Shown here piece by piece: positions 25,930 through 36,266 of a stretch of DNA of 64,000 nt. The stretch lies in assembly GCA_032718475.1 (NCBI GenBank), contig JAUCBJ010000668.1:1-64000 (forward strand), given 5' to 3'. Position 1 is the first letter of the stretch. The number at the start of each line of letters is the position of its first letter. The DNA is from Nemertoderma westbladi (taxonomy: Eukaryota; Animalia; Xenacoelomorpha). The position numbers and the translations under genes were made by a program. The notes below the pieces were generated by a model that worked only from the letters and a program-made list of their open reading frames with translations, made no database searches and was not told where the DNA came from.

Positions 25930-28900
25930 TGTTAAACTGTGGTTGGTGGCGAGGCTGTTACACTGTGGTTGTGACGAGGCTGTTACACTGTGGTTGTGAC
26001 GAGGCTGTTACACTGTGGTTGTGACGAGGCTGTTACACTGTGGTTGTGACGAGGCTGTTACACTGTGGTTGTGACGAGGCTGTCACACTGTGGTTGTGAC
26101 GAGGCTGTTACACTGTGGTTGTGACGAGGCTGTTACACTGTGGTTGTGACGAGGCTGTTACACTGTGGTTGTGACGAGGCTGTTACACTGTGGTTGTGAC
26201 GAGGCTGTTACACTGTGGTTGTGACGAGGCTGTTACACTGTGGTTGTGACGAGGCTGTTACACTGTGGTTGTGACGAGGCTGTTACACTGTGGTTGTGAC
26301 GAGGCTGTTACACTGTGGTTGTGACGAGGCTGTTACACTGTGGTTGTGACGAGGCTGTTACACTGTGGTTGGTGGCGAGGCTGTTACACTGTGGTTGTGA
26401 CGAGGCTGTTACACTGTGGTTGTGACGAGGCTGTTACACTGTGGTTGTGACGAGGCTGTTACACTGTGGTTGTGACGAGGCTGTTACACTGTGGTTGTGA
26501 CGAGGCTGTTACACTGTGGTTGTGACGAGGCTGTTACACTGTGGTTGTGACGAGGCTGTTACACTGTGGTTTTGACGAGGCTGTTACACTGTGGTTGTGA
26601 CGAGGCTGTTACACTGTGGTTGTGACGAGGCTGTTACACTGTGGTTGTGACGAGGCTGTTACACTGTGGTTGTGACGAGGCTGTTACACTGTGGTTGTGA
26701 CGAGGCTGTCACACTGTGGTTGTGACGAGGCTGTTACACTGTGGTTGTGACGAGGCTGTTACACTGTGGTTGTGACGAGGCTGTTACACTGTGGTTGTGA
26801 CGAGGCTGTCACACTGTGGTTGTGACGAGGCTGTTACACTGTGGTTGTGACGAGGCTGTTACACTGTGGTTGTGACGAGGCTGTTACACTGTGGTTGTGA
26901 CGAGGCTGTTACACTGTGGTTGTGACGAGGCTGTTACACTGTGGTTGTGACGAGGCTGTTACACTGTGGTTGTGACGAGGCTGTTACACTGTGGTTGTGA
27001 CGAGGCTGTTACACTGTGGTTGGTGGCGAGGCTGTTACACTGTGGTTGTGACGAGGCTGTTACACTGTGGTTGTGACGAGGCTGTTACACTGTGGTTGTG
27101 ACGAGGCTGTTACACTGTGGTTGTGACGAGGCTGTTACACTGTGGTTGTGACGAGGCTGTTACACTGTGGTTGTGACGAGGCTGTTACACTGTGGTTGTG
27201 ACGAGGCTGTTACACTGTGGTTGTGACGAGGCTGTTACACTGTGGTTGTGACGAGGCTGTTACACTGTGGTTGTGACGAGGCTGTTACACTGTGGTTGTG
27301 ACGAGGCTGTTACACTGTGGTTGTGACGAGGCTGTTACACTGTGGTTGTGACGAGGCTGTTACACTGTGGTTGTGACGAGGCTGTTACACTGTGGTTGTG
27401 ACGAGGCTGTTACACTGTGGTTGTGACGAGGCTGTTACACTGTGGTTGTGACGAGGCTGTTACACTGTGGTTGTGACGAGGCTGTTACACTGTGGTTGGT
27501 GGCGAGGCTGTTACACTGTGGTTGTGACGAGGCTGTTACACTGTGGTTGTGACGAGGCTGTTACACTGTGGTTGTGACGAGGCTGTTACACTGTGGTTGT
27601 GACGAGGCTGTTACACTGTGGTTGTGACGAGGCTGTCACACTGTGGTTGTGACGAGGCTGTTACACTGTGGTTGTGACGAGGCTGTTACACTGTGGTTGT
27701 GACGAGGCTGTTACACTGTGGTTGTGACGAGGCTGTTACACTGTGGTTGTGACGAGGCTGTTACACTGTGGTTGTGACGAGGCTGTTACACTGTGGTTTT
27801 GACGAGGCTGTTACACTGTGGTTGGTGGCGAGGCTGTTACACTGTGGTTGTGACGAGGCTGGTACACTGTAGTTTTGACGAGGCTGTTACACTGTGGTTG
27901 TGACGAGGCTGTTACACTGTGGTTGTGACGAGGCTGTTACACTGTGGTTGTTGTGACGAGGCTGTTACACTGTGGTTGGTGGCGAGGCTGTTACACTGTG
28001 GTTTTGACGAGGCTGTTACACTGTGGTTGTGACGAGGCTGTTACACTGTGGTTGTGACGAGGCTGTTACACTGTGGTTGTGACGAGGCTGTTACACTGTG
28101 GTTGTGACGAGGCTGTTACACTGTGGTTGTGACGAGGCTGTTACACTGTGGTTGTGACGAGGCTGTTACACTGTGGTTGTGACGAGGCTGTTACACTGTG
28201 GTTGTGACGAGGCTGTTACACTGTGGTTGTGACGAGGCTGTTACACTGTGGTTGTGACGAGGCTGTTACACTGTGGTTGTGACGAGGCTGTTACACTGTG
28301 GTTGTGACGAGGCTGTTACACTGTGGTTGTGACGAGGCTGTTACACTGTGGTTGTGACGAGGCTGTTACACTGTGGTTGTGACGAGGCTGTTACACTGTG
28401 GTTGTGACGAGGCTGTTACACTGTGGTTGTGACGAGGCTGTTACACTGTGGTTGTGACGAGGCTGTTACACTGTGGTTGTGACGAGGCTGTTACACTGTG
28501 GTTGTGACGAGGCTGTTACACTGTGGTTGTGACGAGGCTGTTACACTGTGGTTGTGACGAGGCTGTTACACTGTGGTTGTGACGAGGCTGTTACACTGTG
28601 GTTGTGACGAGGCTGTTACACTGTGGTTGTGACGAGGCTGTCACACTGTGGTTGTGACGAGGCTGTTACACTGTGGTTGTGACGAGGCTGTTACACTGTG
28701 GTTGTGACGAGGCTGTTACACTGTGGTTGTGACGAGGCTGTTACACTGTGGTTGTGACGAGGCTGTTACACTGTGGTTGTGACGAGGCTGTTACACTGTG
28801 GTTGTGACGAGGCTGTTACACTGTGGTTGTGACGAGGCTGTTACACTGTGGTTGTGACGAGGCTGTTACACTGTGGTTGTGACGAGGCTGTTACACTGTG

Positions 28901-31605
28901 GTTGTGACGAGGCTGTTACACTGTGGTTGTGACGAGGCTGTTACACTGTGGTTGTGACGAGGCTGTTACACTGTGGTTGTGACGAGGCTGTTACACTGTG
29001 GTTGTGACGAGGCTGTTACACTGTGGTTGTGACGAGGCTGTTACACTGTGGTTGTGACGAGGCTGTTACACTGTGGTTGTGACGAGGCTGTTACACTGTG
29101 GTTGTGACGAGGCTGTCACACTGTGGTTGTGACGAGGCTGTTACACTGTGGTTGTGACGAGGCTGTTACACTGTGGTTGTGACGAGGCTGTTACACTGTG
29201 GTTGTGACGAGGCTGTCACACTGTGGTTGTGACGAGGCTGTTACACTGTGGTTGTGACGAGGCTGTTACACTGTGGTTGTGACGAGGCTGTTACACTGTG
29301 GTTGTGACGAGGCTGTTACACTGTGGTTGTGACGAGGCTGTTACACTGTGGTTTTGACGAGGCTGTTACACTGTGGTTGTGACGAGGCTGTTACACTGTG
29401 GTTGTGACGAGGCTGTTACACTGTGGTTGTGACGAGGCTGTTACACTGTGGTTGTGACGAGGCTGTTACACTGTGGTTGTGACGAGGCTGTTACACTGTG
29501 GTTGTGACGAGGCTGTTACACTGTGGTTGTGACGAGGCTGTTACACTGTGGTTGTGACGAGGCTGTTACACTGTGGTTGTGACGAGGCTGTTACACTGTG
29601 GTTGTGACGAGGCTGTTACACTGTGGTTGTGACGAGGCTGTTACACTGTGGTTGTGACGAGGCTGTTACACTGTGGTTGTGACGAGGCTGTTACACTGTG
29701 GTTGTGACGAGGCTGTTACACTGTGGTTGTGACGAGGCTGTTACACTGTGGTTGTGACGAGGCTGTTACACTGTGGTTGTGACGAGGCTGTTACACTGTG
29801 GTTGTGACGAGGCTGTTACACTGTGGTTTTGACGAGGCTGTTACACTGTGGTTGTGACGAGGCTGTTACACTGTGGTTGTGACGAGGCTGTTACACTGTG
29901 GTTGTGACGAGGCTGTTACACTGTGGTTGTGACGAGGCTGTTACACTGTGGTTGTGACGAGGCTGTTACACTGTGGTTGTGACGAGGCTGTTACACTGTG
30001 GTTGTGACGAGGCTGTTACACTGTGGTTGTGACGAGGCTGTTACACTGTGGTTGTGACGAGGCTGTTACACTGTGGTTGTGACGAGGCTGTTACACTGTG
30101 GTTGTGACGAGGCTGTTACACTGTGGTTGTGACGAGGCTGTTACACTGTGGTTGTGACGAGGCTGTCACACTGTGGTTGTGACGAGGCTGTTACACTGTG
30201 GTTGTGACGAGGCTGTTACACTGTGGTTGGTGGCGAGGCTGTTACACTGTGGTTGTGACGAGGCTGGTACACTGTAGTTGTGACGAGGCTGTTACACTGT
30301 GGTTGTGACGAGGCTGTTACACTGTGGTTGTGACGAGGCTGTTACACTGTGGTTGTGACGAGGCTGTTACACTGTGGTTGTGACGAGGCTGTTACACTGT
30401 GGTTGTGACGAGGCTGTTACACTGTGGTTGTGACGAGGCTGTTACACTGTGGTTGTGACGAGGCTGTTACACTGTGGTTGTGACGAGGCTGTTACACTGT
30501 GGTTGTGACGAGGCTGTTACACTGTGGTTGTGACGAGGCTGTTACACTGTGGTTGTGACGAGGCTGTTACACTGTGGTTGTGACGAGGCTGTTACACTGT
30601 GGTTGTGACGAGGCTGTTACACTGTGGTTGTGACGAGGCTGTTACACTGTGGTTGTGACGAGGCTGTTACACTGTGGTTGTGACGAGGCTGTTACACTGT
30701 GGTTGTGACGAGGCTGTTACACTGTGGTTGTGACGAGGCTGTTACACTGTGGTTGTGACGAGGCTGTTACACTGTGGTTGTGACGAGGCTGTTACACTGT
30801 GGTTGTGACGAGGCTGTTACACTGTGGTTGTGACGAGGCTGTTACACTGTGGTTGTGACGAGGCTGTTACACTGTGGTTGTGACGAGGCTGTTACACTGT
30901 GGTTGTGACGAGGCTGTTACACTGTGGTTGTGACGAGGCTGTTACACTGTGGTTGTGACGAGGCTGTTACACTGTGGTTGTGACGAGGCTGTTACACTGT
31001 GGTTGTGACGAGGCTGTTACACTGTGGTTGTGACGAGGCTGTTACACTGTGGTTGTGACGAGGCTGTTACACTGTGGTTGTGACGAGGCTGTCACACTGT
31101 GGTTGTGACGAGGCTGTTACACTGTGGTTGTGACGAGGCTGTTACACTGTGGTTGTGACGAGGCTGTTACACTGTGGTTGTGACGAGGCTGTTACACTGT
31201 GGTTGTGACGAGGCTGTTACACTGTGGTTGTGACGAGGCTGTTACACTGTGGTTGTGACGAGGCTGTTACACTGTGGTTGTGACGAGGCTGTTACACTGT
31301 GGTTGTGACGAGGCTGTTACACTGTGGTTGTGACGAGGCTGTTACACTGTGGTTGTGACGAGGCTGTTACACTGTGGTTGTGACGAGGCTGTTACACTGT
31401 GGTTGGTGACGAGGCTGTTACACTGTGGTTGTGACGAGGCTGTTACACTGTGGTTGTGACGAGGCTGTTACACTGTGGTTGTGACGAGGCTGTTACACTG
31501 TGGTTGTGACGAGGCTGTTACACTGTGGTTGTGACGAGGCTGTTACACTGTGGTTGTGACGAGGCTGTTACACTGTGGTTGTGACGAGGCTGTTACACTG
31601 TGGCT
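25930..31605. repeat. 25-bp satellite GAGGCTGTTACACTGTGGTTGTGAC, ~225 copies
   Basis: Highly homogeneous tandem array with rare variants. Confidence 0.98.
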
Positions 31606-31685
31606 GTGATGCGGCTGATCCTCTGTGGCTTGTGGCGAGGTGGCCTAAGAAATTTTTCTCATAATCGTTTGAGACTCTAAAATGG

Positions 31686-31918
31686 AGACAGGGGGGAAAC
31701 TGGACGCAAAACCCGCTTCAATGTTAAATTCACAATTTAGGGAAAGGAGCAGGTTACAGTGGCACGTTATTTTAACCAAAACAATAAACTAAACACAATT
31801 GAACAGGTTACAGTTTTATTTTTAGAGTAAACAGCTGTTATTTGCGTCGAATTTCCCCTCGAGAGGGATGAATTTTTATTGCGTCCAGTCCCCCCCCCCC
31901 CCCCCCCCCCCCCTATCT
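31686..31918 (+). mobile_element. MITE family A, near full-length
   Basis: TIR-like AGACAGGGGGGAAACTGGACGCAA / TTGCGTCCAGTCCCC(n)TATCT. Confidence 0.8.
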
Positions 31919-31976
31919 GCTAAAATGAAAAGTTGCAACAAAATATATTTAATATTTTGCATATTTTTTTTCTTAG

Positions 31977-32185
31977 GGATCAATCGAATTCGATGTTGGA
32001 GAGAGCCTGTTTGGCAGTGGAGGATTCCAGTAGGTCTGGAGGTATTTACCCTGAGGTTCTCTTTGAAGTCGCTCGACAATGGCATTGGCTGCACCAGCAG
32101 CTTCCAGACTACCCTAAAGGCGGCGCTGATAGGCCGTTACGAGATAATGCTGGTGGCGTTGAATCTCCTCTTAAACAACGACAAG
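31977..32185 (+). CDS. ZSWIM8: ZSWIM8 exon G
   Basis: ttttcttag| ... caag|gtatc; continues exon F in phase: R-DQSNSMLERACLAVEDSSRSGGIYPEVLFEVARQWHWLHQQ. Confidence 0.95.
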
Positions 32186-32271
32186 GTATCAGTTGATTAA
32201 TATAATAATTACAAATAAGTTTATTGAAAGTTAGACTGTTCATTCCGATTGTGATATCATACCTACGCCGG

Positions 32272-32668
32272 TGTACAAGGCTGAGATAACTCCCTCTTGA
32301 AATGACTCCCCAGTTATCTCAGCCTAGACTGAGAACACTCCCCAGTTATCTCAGCCTAGGCTGAGAACACTCCCCGTTATCTCAGCCTACAGGACTAGGG
32401 TGAGATCACTCCCCTTAGGCTGAGATGACTCCCCTAATTGAGTTATAATTCATATCCGTACCTGTGTTATTTTCGTATATTGTAAAAATATAACTGTAAC
32501 CTATGTTATTGAGATATCGTTTATTGTTTTGGTTTGAAAAGCCCGCCACTGTAACCTGCTCCTTTCCCTTAATTAAGAAATCTAGGGAGAAAACTGGGGA
32601 GTGTTCTCAGCCTAGGCTGAGAAGACTGGGGAGTCATATTTGGTGGGGAGTTATCCCAGCCTGTTACA
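32272..32668. mobile_element. Non-autonomous Ginger-like element
   Basis: TGT...ACA termini flanked by CCGG both sides; subterminal AGGCTGAGATAACTCCCC repeats in both orientations. Confidence 0.65.
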
Positions 32669-32932
32669 CCGGTTTCTCATTGGTAACGGCATAGAGATAT
32701 AGTGTTAGATAAGTTTCGGTTCGATTTTTTCTACAATAATTTGTTTGCGAAAAATATCTTAATAGTATTAATACTAGCTTAATAGTAGTTGATTGTATGA
32801 AAACCTAAGTTTGTGATGTCACGGTACTACTCTCAATTGGTCATATAAAATAATAAAAAATATAATATCTATACGAACTTGTACTTTCCTTTGAGTGATT
32901 AGTTGGCCTAAATATGATAATGAAATATTCAT

Positions 32933-33020
32933 CCGGTCTGGTAGCTCAGTACACTCACCCGGCTGATGATAACCAGAAGTTTGAAACCTAGGTACCGGGT
33001 TCGAGCCCCAATAGGGCCGG
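32933..33020 (+). ncRNA. tRNA-derived element with embedded type I hammerhead ribozyme
   Basis: A-box-like TAGCTCAGT, B-box GGTTCGAGCC; ACCCGG-CTGATGA-TAACCAGAAGTTT-GAAA-CCTAGG-TA-CCGGGT. Confidence 0.75.
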
Positions 33021-33187
33021 TTGATATTTTTCGCTATGGAGAGCATTATCATATAGTCCTATTTTACATTGTATATAATATCTATCTATTTATTTACACA
33101 AAATTATATGATAATATACAATAAGCTTTCTAATCCCATCATGAAAAATATTCCACTTTCCATAAATCACTTTATATTATAGTAAAA

Positions 33188-33371
33188 TCTCGTCATACGA
33201 GATGTTCAATTATCAATTAAGGGAAAGGAGCAGATTACAGTGGCACGTTATTCTAACTAAAACAATAAACAAAACTCAATAGGTTACAGTTTTATTTTTG
33301 GGAGTAATCAGCTGTTATTTGCGTCAATTTTCCCCGGCAGGGGGATACGCGTTGTAAGTCACCCCCTATCT
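33188..33371 (+). mobile_element. MITE family A copy
   Basis: GGGAAAGGAGCAGATTACAGTGGCACGTTA...CAGCTGTTATTTGCGTC...CCCCCTATCT. Confidence 0.75.
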
Positions 33372-33668
33372 AACTGAACCTATATGACACTAAGAATATA
33401 GCGCTGACTATCAATCCATCCATTACAACTCGTTTATTGCAACACCAACCTGTTCCAAGCTCAGTGATCTTGTTCGGTAATACGCAATTAATGGCATTCA
33501 CTCCTGGTAGAGGTTCATATAGCTATATTTGGATAATATTATATAGTCACGAAAACTCAAAATTAAAATTAATTCACTTCACGAAAACTTGACTTCTCTA
33601 AATATTGCTTTAAAACATATAGCGAGTTATTGAATAATGGTTAACTATTTGGTGTTGTTTAATTTTAG

Positions 33669-35718
33669 GTATTTGGCGACCCGGTCTGCCGCCTTCAGGT
33701 GACCGCTACAAATCCTATCTATTAAACGATCAGGGCTTACCGATAATATACCCACGTGTGATGTCTAATGTTCCAATACCCAACCGGACTGTAGCCAATC
33801 AGGGGACGAACTCTGCTCATCTGGCAATCCGATTGGCGCTGGCCAATCAGACGTCGCAGCAATCGGCATCTTTCAGCGGTAGCAACCAATTAGATTCATC
33901 CAACCAGCAGCTCTTTGAGCCTATGGTCCAACCCGGCCCTGGGCTCGTTAACCAATCACACGCGTTGGATGTGAGTCATCCTCTCTCGCTGGCGCCGCAG
34001 TGCAGTTTAACGCAGGCGATTCCCTCTACCATAGCAACCGTCGCTTCTACCGACAGCGGTCGCGACTCCATCCCTACTACGAGTAACCATGGCGACCGTC
34101 CGACACGCTCAAACGACGGGTTGCTAGGCAACAATGAACAGACTATATATCTGTCGTTTAATGAGAATCAGAGGAGTTTTCCTGAAGGTCCTACTGGGAG
34201 GAGCGGAGAAGAATCTTCTTTCCTCTCGAAGAGTTCCGGTGACTCATCTTCCCGTCAATCGATTTCTGTACAAAATCGGCAGTACTATTCGGCATCTATT
34301 GGTAGCAACCCCAACTGTCTGCCCCCTGTCGTCATCCAATCATCGGGCCACTCCGCCCACGCACTGCCTAACTCCCTACATTTACCTCAAATAGTCCAGC
34401 CGCTTACGCCCAATCAGCTGGTCAATGTTGTCCAACAGCCGGAATCCTCGAGCAATAATATCAGCGTTCCCACTGTCCAGCAACAACAACCGCCAACCAA
34501 TCAAATCACTCCGTCCCAGTTGCTACTTCTTCTGCGGCAGAACCAGCAGACCCACCCGACAGGTCTACCCATCCCAGCCTCGCCCTGCCGCGACGGGGAG
34601 ATTGCTGCGAACCGCGATGCTCAACATGGTTCTTCAACTCGGCCGGATTCACAGCAAAGTTATTATTTACGGGAAACTCAACAACAAAGTCCGCAACATC
34701 GGTTATCTTCCTTACAGTCGGACGGATTCGCCAAACCATCTCCTTTAGCACCTAACGAAGTCGTGTCAGCCAATCAGAACGTCGCGCCATTTTATAGTCG
34801 TCACCACGTGACTGCGGCTGCTGGTCATGTCGACAATCATTATCAGGCGTCGGCCACTAGCCAATCACAAGCGTGTTATGTTTTACCCCCATCGTTTCTG
34901 AGAAATTCCGTTGGTCCCCCAGTAACCATTCATGGAATCACAACAACGCCGAATAAAGCTGTAACCATGGCAACAAGCAATAGAATGGGAAGTTCCAATG
35001 GAAACACGCCAGTTAAAATTATTTATCGTGTCTCAGGGACACCAATAAGACACTCAGAGTATGACGCCACCTCTTCAAACCTTGCCTCGCCGTATTCGGT
35101 TCAACAAACCGCGTGTGGCTCGAACCAAGCATCACCCTACAGCAACCAATCACAACTACTCCACTCCCTCCAACGTTCCCCTTATCCAAACCAATGTCAA
35201 CCCCAATCTGCCCAACCATCACCATATCCTAATCTATCACAACCCCACTCTTCCCAACCATCACCATATCCTAACCAATCACAACTCCACACTTCCCAAC
35301 CATCACCATATCCTAACCAATCACAACCCCACTCTTGCCTACCATCACCATATCCTAACCAATCACAACCCCACTCTTCCCAACCATCACCATATCTTAA
35401 CCAATCACAACCGTTATCTTCCCAACACCCACCACTACCCTCCTCTATGGGTGCGTGTTACGACCCACGCCAGTCCGTTACCAAGCAACTAACATACGAA
35501 CTCCCACGCGAATCATATCACCCCAGGGTAGACCCCCCGTGTTACATGATCGGGAATAGACCGGTTGGCTACCAACCGATCTACCAACCGCCCCAACCAG
35601 AGGGATCCGACTCAGTATATATTCCCCCATCCATCGCCCTTCCCAACTCCTCTATTCCTTCCAGGGTCGCCTACGAACCGGACTCCACCGATTATCCCGC
35701 GCACCGAGTAATACCCGA
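33669..35718 (+). CDS. ZSWIM8: ZSWIM8 exon H (2050 bp; S/Q/P-rich disordered region with 14-aa QPSPYPNQSQPHSS repeats)
   Basis: aattttag|gt, phase 1 matches exon G and opens into the 654-aa ORF; donor ga|gtaagt; ZSWIM8 orthologues have a low-complexity region here. Confidence 0.8.
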
Positions 35719-35882
35719 GTAAGTTTTCCTGCGGGTTGTGACTGTCATTTGAATTTAATTTAATTACCGCATACATTTTAATTTTTTATTCCAATTAAAA
35801 CTACAATTAATTAATTCATTTCCTAATATTTGTTTAATTAAATGTATTCCCTGCAGTCGGCATGTCGTTGGTTGTTATTTGT

Positions 35883-36063
35883 AGACAGACTGATAGACAG
35901 ATAGACAGACAGACACACACACAGCCAGACAGACACACACACAGCCAGACAGACACACAGACAGGCAGACAGACGACAGACAGAGAGAGACAGACCGAGA
36001 GGCAGACAGGCTGGCAGACAGACAGACACACAGACAGACAGACACACAGACAGACAGACGGAC

Positions 36064-36095
<32 letters not shown>

Positions 36096-36141
36096 CGATA
36101 GGCAGACGACATACAGAGAGAGAGAGAAACCGAGAGGCAAG

Positions 36142-36188
<47 letters not shown>

Positions 36189-36260
36189 ACAGACAGACAG
36201 ACAGGCAAACAGACAGGCAGACGACAGACAGACAGAGAGAGACAGACCGAGAGGCAGGCA
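35883..36260. repeat. Compound (CAGA)n/(CAGG)n/(CA)n microsatellite
   Basis: Direct; resumes after the RTE insertion at 38742. Confidence 0.95.
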
Positions 36261-36266
36261 GCCCAG

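Noticed and set aside
32935-33018. Functional tRNA gene
   Set aside because: D-arm 3' strand and anticodon stem missing; acceptor and T stems mismatched
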